Shown here: piece after piece, positions 1 through 8,354 of the stretch
Position numbering within the stretch: position 1 is the first letter of the stretch
Layout of the letters: each line of letters opens with the position of its first letter
Assembly: GCA_965612865.1 (NCBI GenBank)
Contig: CBFDTJ010000034.1
Coordinates: 1 to 15,543 of the forward strand
Length of the DNA: 15,543 bases
Reading direction: 5' to 3'
Source: an uncultured bacterium
GTDB taxonomy: Bacteria; Caldisericota; Caldisericia; B22-G15
The notes under the pieces: model-generated
What the model saw: only the letters and a program-made list of their open reading frames with translations
The model's database searches: none
Told to the model about the DNA's origin: nothing
Made by a program: the position numbers and the translations under genes

Positions 1-913
1 AGATAATATAAGTTTTCTGTGGATTCATATTCCAGTAGGCAGCAAAGGAATCAATTATGGTGTGTAGTATTATCATAAGTATAAGAGATTTCATTCCCCA
101 GCCTCTTTTCTCTGCATAGGAAAAGAGAGATGTGGTTCCTGTGTGGAAGAAGAACGCAAGAAGTCTTTCAATAAGACTAAGAATAGAGAGTGTACCTGCT
201 GATAAGGCTGATAAGAAGATAAACAGCGATTCTCCAAACCCGAATCCACTTCCAACATAGAGCGCATTAATAATTTTCTTTTTTCTCGAGAAGTAGTATT
301 TAGGAATTTCCTGAAATACAGCTGCTATAAAACCAATCCATAAAGATAGAACAACTGGGTTTTTGAAGCTTATCAGTTTCTGAACAAAGGGTTGAACAAT
401 AAGTATGATTAAAAGGATTCCAATGCCTATTATAAAATCTTTCCAGATGAACTTTCTTAGTATCAAAAATATTATTAAAAGACCTATTAATCCACCAATA
501 AGAGGATATGGGGTTGTAAACGAGAATGGAAATCTAAAATGTATGCCAGCAATTTTATTATCTTCCATGGTGATTATAAAAGTTATGGTTTTCTTTCCAA
601 GGATTGTTTCATAGTAATAGTTTCTATACTTCCCTTTCTCTTCTTCTTTTGTCAACTTATATGACTTCAGTTCTCCATATGATGATACAAGGTGATTCCT
701 TAATTTCTCAAAAGTATCCTTTTTAAAAGCTGTCTTCATTAAATCTGTTAAGTGTGACTCTATGAGTGAGTAATCATTAAGCTCAAACGCTTTAAAGAAT
801 TTTTCAGCCACTTCCTTTTGGTTTTCATTGATTACTCCATAAACTGAATGGGTGCTAAGTAGTAGTACAAAAAGCATAAAAGTAATAATGACAAATCTTA
901 ACCTTTTATTCAT
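1..913 (-). CDS. Signal peptide + soluble DUF3887-like domain fused to a YhfC/PrsW-like (glutamic-type) intramembrane protease domain; 3' end runs off the window
   Basis: Not in the ORF track. Manual translation from ATG at 913 (SD AGGAGG upstream) is open for 304 codons to the window edge: MNKRLRFVIITFMLFVLLLSTHSVYG...AEKFFKAFELNDYS...LVSSYGELKSY...EDNKIAGIHF, then several TM helices with motifs AAVFQEIPKY, GSGFGFGE, ERLLAFFFH and LHTIID, matching the motif pattern of the YhfC/PrsW/CPBP clan. Confidence 0.8.
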   Translation of the reverse strand, partial: MNKRLRFVIITFMLFVLLLSTHSVYGVINENQKEVAEKFFKAFELNDYSLIESHLTDLMKTAFKKDTFEKLRNHLVSSYGELKSYKLTKEEEKGKYRNYYYETILGKKTITFIITMEDNKIAGIHFRFPFSFTTPYPLIGGLIGLLIIFLILRKFIWKDFIIGIGILLIILIVQPFVQKLISFKNPVVLSLWIGFIAAVFQEIPKYYFSRKKKIINALYVGSGFGFGESLFIFLSALSAGTLSILSLIERLLAFFFHTGTTSLFSYAEKRGWGMKSLILMIILHTIIDSFAAYWNMNPQKTYII

Positions 914-943
914 ACCCACCTCCTAACAATCTAAACCAAATTA

Positions 944-972
944 ATGATAACCTGTTAAACCCCGTGTGTCAA
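944..972 (-). promoter_or_regulatory. sigma70-type promoter for the intramembrane protease gene
   Basis: Minus strand TTGACA (972-967), 17-nt spacer, TATCAT (949-944), about 30 nt upstream of the ATG at 913 and starting 2 nt after the livM stop. Confidence 0.7.
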
Positions 973-974
973 AA

Positions 975-1901
975 CTAAACTTTCTTCTTAAACAGATTGG
1001 GGAGGTAGATTAGACCCTGAGGGAGGAGCATCATAATTAAAATTATCATAATTCCATTAAATACATAGGGAGAGAAGGAGGTTCTTGCAAAAAACACGGG
1101 TATTATTGTGATAAATATTGCTCCAAGAATTGATCCAGGGACAGATCCAAGACCACCTATTACAATCATTGCAAGGAAGTTGAGAGATGCACCAAGACCA
1201 AAATCGTTAGGTGAGATGTAAGATACTGTGTGAGCGTAAAGGCTTCCAGAGATTCCTGCAAAGAAGGCTGAAATCACAAATACAAGGATTTTATAATAAG
1301 AGACATTTATTCCAAGTGAGCTTGCGAGAATCTCATTTTCTCTTAAGCTCTTAAGGGCTCTTCCCGTTTTTGAATTTATGAGGTTTATTAATAAAATAAC
1401 AGTAATTACAAGAAATATCAGGGATAAATAGTATTTGGAGAGGTCAGAAGAAAAACTCAATCCAAAGATTTCTGGTGATGGTATCTCTTTTATTCCATGA
1501 TATCCACCTGTAAATGAAAGGTAACCTATTATCTGAGTTATCGCAATTCCAAATGCCATTGTTACAAGGGCAAGGTAAAAGCCAGTAACTCTTAATGAAG
1601 GAAAGCCTATTAAAATTCCAAATAAACTCGAGACAATTCCAGCGATTATTAAACTTGGAAGGAATGGAAGGTTAAGTTTCATTACAAGTAGTGTTGAGGT
1701 GTATGCTCCTATTCCCATAAATGCAGCATGTCCAAGAGAGAGTTGCCCTGCTATTCCAAGTAAAAGATTAAATGATATAGCGCCAATGGAGTAGATAAGT
1801 GCAAGGGTTAAAAGATATATTATGAAACTCTTGTTAAGAAAAAATAGAGGAAAAAGAATGGCTATTATAAGAGAGACAATTACAAGATTTTTCCCTTTCA
1901 T
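975..1901 (-). CDS. livM: Liv/HAAT-family ABC transporter permease (LivM-like)
   Basis: 308 aa hydrophobic protein with GQLSLGHAAFMGIGAY, GFYLALVT and MIVIGGLGSVPGSILGA motifs. ATGA overlap with the upstream permease. Confidence 0.92.
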   Translation of the reverse strand: MKGKNLVIVSLIIAILFPLFFLNKSFIIYLLTLALIYSIGAISFNLLLGIAGQLSLGHAAFMGIGAYTSTLLVMKLNLPFLPSLIIAGIVSSLFGILIGFPSLRVTGFYLALVTMAFGIAITQIIGYLSFTGGYHGIKEIPSPEIFGLSFSSDLSKYYLSLIFLVITVILLINLINSKTGRALKSLRENEILASSLGINVSYYKILVFVISAFFAGISGSLYAHTVSYISPNDFGLGASLNFLAMIVIGGLGSVPGSILGAIFITIIPVFFARTSFSPYVFNGIMIILIMMLLPQGLIYLPNLFKKKV

Positions 1902-2770
1902 GCTCTCTTTACCTCCTTTCTGCCCATTAAACCGTGGGGACGTATAAGAAGTATGACTATTATTATGATGAGGGAGAGTGTAACCTTTAATTTTGTTGTT
2001 ATATAGGCTGCAATGAGATTCTCAAGCACTCCAAGAAGGAGACCACCAACAATTGCACCGGGAATGCTTGTAAAGCCACCAAGAACTGCTGCTGTAAAAG
2101 CCTTGATCTGAATTTCCTGCATCATATTTGAATGAAGATACAGGTTTGGTGCAACAAATACACCAGCAAGAAGACCAAGAATTGCAGAGAATCCCCATGT
2201 AAATGAAAGGACAGTTCCTATCCTTATGCCCATCAATCTCGAAGCCAATTCATCTTGAACAGTTGCTCTCATTGCTATTCCGTGAATTGAAAACTTTAAG
2301 AAGAGAAATAGACCAACTATAATTGCGATTGATATGATAAAAACAAAGAGACTGTATTTGTCAATTACAACACTACCTAAAAATATTGGTTCTCTATTCA
2401 CAAGGGATGGAAAAAGTTTCTCTTGAGTTCCCCATATAGTGGTAGCAAGTCCATTCAGGATCATTAAAAGCCCAAGGGTTATTATCATCATTCCTGCATG
2501 GGTTTTTTCTCTGACTGGTCTTAATAATCCCCTTTCAATGGCCATTCCAAATAGAAAGGCAAAGCCTATGCTTATAATTATCGATAGATATAGGGGAAGT
2601 TTTAAATATGTAAGAAGAGTATAGACTATAAATGTGGAGAACATTGCCATTTCTCCATGGGCAAAATTTACAACTCCAGAGGTTATAAAGACCAGCACAA
2701 TTCCAAGAGCTGCCAGAGCATATATACTACCCCAAAAAAGACCACTTACAACATTTTGAAGAAAAAACAT
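1898..2770 (-). CDS. livH: Liv/HAAT-family ABC transporter permease (LivH-like)
   Basis: 290 aa with GSIYALAALG, VVNFAHGEMAM, KAFTAAVLGG and RPHGLMG motifs typical of LivH. Confidence 0.92.
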   Translation of the reverse strand: MFFLQNVVSGLFWGSIYALAALGIVLVFITSGVVNFAHGEMAMFSTFIVYTLLTYLKLPLYLSIIISIGFAFLFGMAIERGLLRPVREKTHAGMMIITLGLLMILNGLATTIWGTQEKLFPSLVNREPIFLGSVVIDKYSLFVFIISIAIIVGLFLFLKFSIHGIAMRATVQDELASRLMGIRIGTVLSFTWGFSAILGLLAGVFVAPNLYLHSNMMQEIQIKAFTAAVLGGFTSIPGAIVGGLLLGVLENLIAAYITTKLKVTLSLIIIIVILLIRPHGLMGRKEVKRA

Positions 2771-2772
2771 TC

Positions 2773-3477
2773 TTACCTCCCAAGATAATATTTCCTGACT
2801 TCTTTTGTTTTTAAAAGTTCTTCACTTTTTCCCTCAAAGGCTATTTTTCCAACCTCAAGTATGTATGAGTAGTTGCTTATTTTAAGTGCCTGATAGGCAT
2901 TCTGTTCCACAAGGAGCACAGATACACCTGATTTATTTATTTCCTTTATGATACTGAATATTTCCTGTACCAGTATTGGTGCAAGACCCAGGGATGGTTC
3001 ATCCAAAAGAAGAATTTTTGGATTACTCATAAGGGCTCTTCCAATTGCAAGCATCTGTTGTTCTCCACCTGAGAGTGTACCTGCAAGCTGGTTTTCCCTC
3101 TCCTTCAGAACAGGAAAGTATGAGTAGATTTTGTCTAAATCTTTTAGACTCCCCTTTTTATCCTTTCTTATGTATGTTCCAAGAATTAAATTTTCCTTTA
3201 CAGTAAGCTCTGGAAATATCCTTCTTCCCTCTGGTACCATAGAGATTCCAAGTCTTACAATATCTTCTGGAGCATGTCCTGTTATATCTCTATCAGAAAA
3301 TAACACTTTCCCCTTATCAGGTTTTAGAAATCCACAGATTGTCTTGAGTGTTGTTGTTTTTCCGGCACCGTTTGGACCAAGCAGTGAAACTATGCTTCCT
3401 TCTTCTATCTCAAGGGATACACCTGATAACGCCTTAACAGGACCATAACTTACATAAAGGTTATCAACTTTTAACAT
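2773..3477 (-). CDS. livF: ABC ATP-binding subunit (LivF-like)
   Basis: Walker A GPNGAGKT, VPEGRRIF, signature LSGGEQQ, Walker B LLLDEPSLGLAP, LVEQN. Confidence 0.95.
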   Translation of the reverse strand: MLKVDNLYVSYGPVKALSGVSLEIEEGSIVSLLGPNGAGKTTTLKTICGFLKPDKGKVLFSDRDITGHAPEDIVRLGISMVPEGRRIFPELTVKENLILGTYIRKDKKGSLKDLDKIYSYFPVLKERENQLAGTLSGGEQQMLAIGRALMSNPKILLLDEPSLGLAPILVQEIFSIIKEINKSGVSVLLVEQNAYQALKISNYSYILEVGKIAFEGKSEELLKTKEVRKYYLGR

Positions 3478-4240
3478 TCTCTTCCTCCCCTAAGTAAGCC
3501 TCTATGACCTTATTATTGTTTCTTATCTCCTCAGGTTTTCCCTCAGCAATCTTTTCTCCAAAGTTTATTACCGTTACAGTATCGGAAATATCCATCACAA
3601 CAGACATATCATGTTCAATTAGAAAAAGGGTGAGATTTCTTTCCTCTTTTAGTTTAATCAGTGTCTCTTTCAGTTTCACCTTTTCCGTTGTTGTTAATCC
3701 AGAGGTTGGCTCGTCAAGAAGCAGGATTTCTGGATCAGCCATGAGTACCCTTCCAATATCTACCAGTTTCTGTATTCCGTATGGAACAGACAAAGGATAA
3801 TGATAGAGATAATTTTTAAAGCCAAGCTCCTCAGCTATTTTTATAGCCTTCTCTATGCCCTTTTTGTCAAAACTTTTTACTCTGTTTGTGCTTAAAAACT
3901 CTTCAAAGATATTTGTTTTAATCCACCTGTGATAACCTATAAGCATATTTTCCAGTATGTTTAAAAATTTAAAAAGCATAAGATTCTGAAATGTTCTTCC
4001 TATTCCCAGTTGAATTATGGAGTGAGGATGTTTGCTCAGTATATTTGTTCCGTCGTAGTAAATTTCACCTGATTGAGGGCTGACTATTCTGCTTATCGTA
4101 TTGAAAACAGTTGTCTTCCCTGCACCATTTGGACCTATAAGTGAATGAATTTCATCCTCCTTTATATCCATTGAGAGATTTTTTACCGCTGTTACTCCTC
4201 CAAATTTCACTGTTAGATTCTTAATATTCAGTTCACCCAT
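3464..4240 (-). CDS. livG: ABC ATP-binding subunit (LivG-like)
   Basis: Walker A GPNGAGKT, GIGRTFQN, PYG-type signature (SVPYGIQK), LLLDEP, LIEHDM, C-terminal VIEAYLG. Confidence 0.93.
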   Translation of the reverse strand: MGELNIKNLTVKFGGVTAVKNLSMDIKEDEIHSLIGPNGAGKTTVFNTISRIVSPQSGEIYYDGTNILSKHPHSIIQLGIGRTFQNLMLFKFLNILENMLIGYHRWIKTNIFEEFLSTNRVKSFDKKGIEKAIKIAEELGFKNYLYHYPLSVPYGIQKLVDIGRVLMADPEILLLDEPTSGLTTTEKVKLKETLIKLKEERNLTLFLIEHDMSVVMDISDTVTVINFGEKIAEGKPEEIRNNNKVIEAYLGEEENVKS

Positions 4241-4249
4241 GCTTCCTCC

Positions 4250-4281
4250 TTTAGAAGGGGAGGATTTCCTCCCCTTCTAAA
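4250..4281. other. Perfect intergenic inverted repeat (probable mRNA-stabilising or attenuating hairpin) between the binding-protein gene and livG
   Basis: TTTAGAAGGGGAGGA-TT-TCCTCCCCTTCTAAA, 15-bp perfect arms. No U-tract follows on the transcribed strand; the livG SD follows instead. Confidence 0.75.
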
Positions 4282-4289
4282 AATTTTAC

Positions 4290-5864
4290 CTAATCAGCAA
4301 TGGAAATCCAATCTGAAACTTTAGTCCACATGCCGTCCTTTACCTGCATGAAGTACATAGACTTCTTTCCAGAACGATCATTTGGAGCATATGTTATATC
4401 CTTTGCAAGCATTCCTGACCAGTGCTTGAATGTTTCAAGTGCCCACACAAGCCTCTCTCTTGTTGGAGGAGAACCAGCTCTTCTTAACCCTTCAACAAAA
4501 ACTTCTCCAGCAATCCAACCTGCCATGGCATAGGCGCTTGGAATTTCTCCTGGATGATACTTATCCCATAATTCATAGAACTTTTTAACTCCTGGATCCT
4601 TCAAGTCTGCAAAGACCCATGCTGATACATATGTTCCCTCTGCAGCTTCTTTTCCAGCAAGGGTTATAAGCAGTGGATCTGCATTGGGGTATGTTGTTAC
4701 AAACTTTGTCTTAAGTCCCAGTGAGTAAGCTGTTTTAAGGATTATTGATGCAGGTTTAAGGAGAGCATACATTATAACAACATCAGGTTTTACCTGTTTT
4801 AATTTTAGTACATACGATGTTAAATCAACTTCAGTTGGACTGAAACCAACTTCTATTACAGGCTTTTTGCCATACTTTTCAAGACCCTTCTTTACACCAT
4901 TCAATCCCTCTGTTCCAATATCATCTGTTTCATAAATTACTGCAATTTTATCCGCCTTTAACTCCTCAACAATATACTTTGCCATTATCTGACCTTCATT
5001 TGTAAAGTTTGGCTGAACTGCAAAGATGTAGTTCTTTGGTGGATATGCAAGTTTACTTGATCCACTTCCCTGATATACAAATGGAACCTTGTTTTCATTA
5101 AGATAATCCATCACTGCAAGACATCCTGGAGTTCCAAGTCCACCAACTATTGCAAAAACCTTATCCACCTCAACCATTCTCTTTACAGCTGCAATGGTCT
5201 TTGCTGGATTGAATTGGTCATCCTCAACAATGAGTTTAATCTTTCTTCCATATACTCCACCATTGTCATTTATGTAGTTGTAGTAGGTTTTATAACCCTT
5301 TACAAACTCAATTCCAATGGGAGCAACAGGGCCTGAAAGTGCTGCAAAGGCTCCAATTTTTATCTCCTTATCTGTAACACCTGGAATTGTTCTTGGAATA
5401 AGCTTTGATTGTATGTAAACCTGTCTTCCAAAAGCATCATAGAATACAAAGTATCCTGCAGTTTCTGAGATAAAGCGAAGTGGAACCATTGTTCTTCCAG
5501 GAGGGACAATTTTTGGAGCAACATCAATTACTATCTTTTTACCGTTTACATATACTTCCTTCTTCCCGATGAAGAGTTCAATGGTCTTCCCCTCTATCTT
5601 AACAGTTACTTTTCTTAACACTCCGTCCCAACCTACTTCACCACCAAGTGCTTCAATGACAAATCTGATTGGTACAAGAGTCCTCCCATTTTCTATGAAT
5701 GGAGCAACATCCATCTCCCTTTCAACACCGTTAACCATATACTTCTTCTCTCCAATTTTCATAACAATGGAGATCTCTGCTCCTGCTCTTACTGAGCCAA
5801 TAAGAGCAAAGGAACCCAGTAGAGCAAGAGATACCACTAAAATTACTGCCAAAAGCTTTTTCAT
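4290..5864 (-). CDS. ABC substrate-binding protein (PBP type 1, Liv-like) with N-terminal copper amine oxidase-like (stalk) domain
   Basis: Sec signal peptide without lipobox Cys. aa ~32-152 carry two DVAP-x-I..GRT(L/M)VP(I/L)RF repeats typical of Cu_amine_oxidN1/stalk domains. From aa ~160 PGVTDKEIKIG...LSGP...YINDNGGVYGRKI...EDDQFNP is a Liv-type type-1 binding fold. Confidence 0.9.
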   Translation of the reverse strand: MKKLLAVILVVSLALLGSFALIGSVRAGAEISIVMKIGEKKYMVNGVEREMDVAPFIENGRTLVPIRFVIEALGGEVGWDGVLRKVTVKIEGKTIELFIGKKEVYVNGKKIVIDVAPKIVPPGRTMVPLRFISETAGYFVFYDAFGRQVYIQSKLIPRTIPGVTDKEIKIGAFAALSGPVAPIGIEFVKGYKTYYNYINDNGGVYGRKIKLIVEDDQFNPAKTIAAVKRMVEVDKVFAIVGGLGTPGCLAVMDYLNENKVPFVYQGSGSSKLAYPPKNYIFAVQPNFTNEGQIMAKYIVEELKADKIAVIYETDDIGTEGLNGVKKGLEKYGKKPVIEVGFSPTEVDLTSYVLKLKQVKPDVVIMYALLKPASIILKTAYSLGLKTKFVTTYPNADPLLITLAGKEAAEGTYVSAWVFADLKDPGVKKFYELWDKYHPGEIPSAYAMAGWIAGEVFVEGLRRAGSPPTRERLVWALETFKHWSGMLAKDITYAPNDRSGKKSMYFMQVKDGMWTKVSDWISIAD

Positions 5865-5877
5865 ACTTAACCTCCTT

Positions 5878-7047
5878 TTAAATTTTTTTAAGTATTAGTG
5901 AAATTGCCTGTCCTCCCCCTATACAGAGGGAAACAAGCCCCAGTTTTTTACCACTCCTTTTTAACTCATGGAGGAGTTTCACAGTAAGGATCGCTCCAGT
6001 GGCACCAATAGGATGCCCAAGAGCAATTGCTCCTCCATTTACATTCAACTTCTCATCCGGTATGTTAAGTTCCTTCTTTATTGCAATGGCAATTGCAGCA
6101 AAAGCTTCGTTGATTTCAAAAAGATCAATATCTGAAATTGTAAGATTTGCTTTCTTAAGAGAATCTCTTATGGCATACACCGGTGCAATTCCAAAGTATT
6201 TTGGATCAACTGCTTTAATTGAGTATGAAATTACTTTTCCAAAGACCGGAAGGGCATTTTTTCTCAAAGTATCTTCATCTGAAATAATCATTGCCGCTGC
6301 ACCTGAATTTAAACCAGGTGCATTTCCAGCAGTGATTGTTCCACCCTTTTTAAAGGCTGGTTTTAATCTTGAAAGTTTTTCAAGGGAGGTATCAAATCTT
6401 ACAGTTTCATCCACTTCAAACACACCATCCTTTAATTTCACTGGAACAATCTGGTCTTTAAATCTTCCCTCTTCAATTGCCCTTTTTGCCTTTCTGTGGC
6501 TTTCAAGGGCAAACCTGTCCTGTTCTTCTCTTGTAATTTTGTACTTCGGGACAAGGTATTCATCTGTAAGGAATCCAGAATGTTTATCGTAGAAGGCATC
6601 GTTTAACCCATCTCTTGTTATAGCGTCATAGATTGTGGAGTCTCCAAGTCTATATCCCCACCTCCCTTTCATGATTAAGTATGGAGCCTGATCCATATTT
6701 TCCATTCCACCTGCAATTACAATTCTTGAAAAACCAGATTGTATTTCCTGTATCCCTGTGATAATTGCCTGAAGTCCAGACCCGCACACTCTATTTACAG
6801 TCATTGCTGGAACTTCTTGAGATACTCCACCAAAAATTGCTGCCTGTCTTGAAGGGTTCATCTTCTCTCCTGCAAGAATCACATTTCCCATAACTACATC
6901 GTCAAAGATATCCGATTCAAGCCTTGTGGTCTCAAGAATCCTCTCTATTACAATTCCTCCCAGTTTTGGAGCTGGTATGTCCTTTAAGCTTCCTCCAAAT
7001 TTTCCCACAGGAGTTCTAAAAGGTGCACTTAAGAAAACTTCAACCAT
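5878..7047 (-). CDS. Acetyl-CoA C-acetyltransferase (thiolase)
   Basis: VNRVCGSG (catalytic Cys), NEAF, GHPIGATG and CIGGG motifs all intact; 389 aa. Confidence 0.95.
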   Translation of the reverse strand: MVEVFLSAPFRTPVGKFGGSLKDIPAPKLGGIVIERILETTRLESDIFDDVVMGNVILAGEKMNPSRQAAIFGGVSQEVPAMTVNRVCGSGLQAIITGIQEIQSGFSRIVIAGGMENMDQAPYLIMKGRWGYRLGDSTIYDAITRDGLNDAFYDKHSGFLTDEYLVPKYKITREEQDRFALESHRKAKRAIEEGRFKDQIVPVKLKDGVFEVDETVRFDTSLEKLSRLKPAFKKGGTITAGNAPGLNSGAAAMIISDEDTLRKNALPVFGKVISYSIKAVDPKYFGIAPVYAIRDSLKKANLTISDIDLFEINEAFAAIAIAIKKELNIPDEKLNVNGGAIALGHPIGATGAILTVKLLHELKRSGKKLGLVSLCIGGGQAISLILKKI

Positions 7048-7055
7048 TTCTCCTC

Positions 7056-8354
7056 CTAAACAATATTTAGTTTTTTTGCTTCAAACAGAAGTTTCTCCCT
7101 AAACTTTGGATGAGCAATCTTTATAAGGGATAGAGCCCTATCCCTTACACTTTTACCCCTCAGATGAGCCACTCCATACTCTGTTACAACATAATCAACA
7201 TCCTGTCTCGGAACAGTTATGTAGCTTCCCTCTGGAAGGGCTGGAACAATTGTTGATATGGTTTCATTCTTCACCGTTGAACGAAGAGCAATTATTCCCT
7301 TTCCTCCCTTTGATAAAACTGCCCCTCTGTGTGTATCAAGTTGACCACCTGTCCCTGTGTATTGTTTCACACCAAAGGATTCTGAACACACCTGTCCTGA
7401 GAGATCAACCATTAAGGATGTATTTATGCTTACCATCTTTTCATTCTTTGAAACTATGTATGGATCATTTACAACAGAGCCCCTTAAGAGTTCTATTGAG
7501 ATGTTGTTATCTATAAAATCATAGAGTTTTTTTGTTCCCATGGCGAAAGTTCCAACCATTTTTCCCTTCCATACACTTTTTCTCTGATTTGTAATTACAC
7601 CTTTGTAAAACAGGTCAACCATTCCATCTGTTAGCATCTCAGTGTGTATTCCTAAATCCCTTTTATCTACCAAGAATTTTGTAATTGCGTTTGGTATTCC
7701 CCCGATTCCAAGTTGAAGAGTTGAACCATCCTCAATAAGTTCTGAAATGTTTTCACCTATTCTCTTTTCAACTTCTGTTGGTTCAATGGATGGAAATTCT
7801 AAAAGTGGTGAGTTGTACTCTACAAAATAATCAACATACTCTATGTTCAGCTGTGTATCACCAAATGTCCTTGGAAGATTCTCATTTATCTCTATTATCA
7901 CTGTCTTTGCCTTCTCAATCATCTCCTTCTCGTACACCAAAGATAGAGACAGAGATAAAAATCCCTTTTCGTCAACCGGTGTTCCAGTGCCGATAAAGAC
8001 ATCTATCTTCTCACTATCTATTTTGTCAGTTCCTGCAGCATGAAGGTTGTTTGGTATGTATGTTATTTTTTCCTTTTTGTATAAATCTCTCTCAAAACTT
8101 CCAAGATACCAGCTTTCCATTTTAAATGGTGCATTTTCTTTGTCAACAAACCTGTAAAATTCGTACTCCTTCAGTAAAAGACAGGTTATAAGTTTTACAT
8201 TCTCGACTTTGTCCTTGATGAGGTGAAGATTTGATAGAAGTCCTGGCGGTTGCGAGGGTCCAAGAGCAACAACAACAGTATCATTTGATTTGATTTTACT
8301 CAATGCCTCTTCAATGGAGACCAATTTTCTTTTGTAAGCTTCTTCTACATTCAT
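7056..8354 (-). CDS. Acetyl-CoA hydrolase/transferase family protein (4-hydroxybutyrate CoA-transferase-like)
   Basis: LPRTFGD, DGSTLQLGIGGIPNA, HTEMLTDG (catalytic Glu), TGGQLD, DYVVTEYGVAHLRGKS, IAHPKFRE. Confidence 0.92.
   Translation of the reverse strand: MNVEEAYKRKLVSIEEALSKIKSNDTVVVALGPSQPPGLLSNLHLIKDKVENVKLITCLLLKEYEFYRFVDKENAPFKMESWYLGSFERDLYKKEKITYIPNNLHAAGTDKIDSEKIDVFIGTGTPVDEKGFLSLSLSLVYEKEMIEKAKTVIIEINENLPRTFGDTQLNIEYVDYFVEYNSPLLEFPSIEPTEVEKRIGENISELIEDGSTLQLGIGGIPNAITKFLVDKRDLGIHTEMLTDGMVDLFYKGVITNQRKSVWKGKMVGTFAMGTKKLYDFIDNNISIELLRGSVVNDPYIVSKNEKMVSINTSLMVDLSGQVCSESFGVKQYTGTGGQLDTHRGAVLSKGGKGIIALRSTVKNETISTIVPALPEGSYITVPRQDVDYVVTEYGVAHLRGKSVRDRALSLIKIAHPKFREKLLFEAKKLNIV

Noticed and set aside
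975..5864. Literal Leu/Ile/Val transport function
   Set aside because: The liv symbols indicate family only; the acyl-CoA catabolic context argues for an organic acid or ester substrate, which cannot be fixed from sequence alone.
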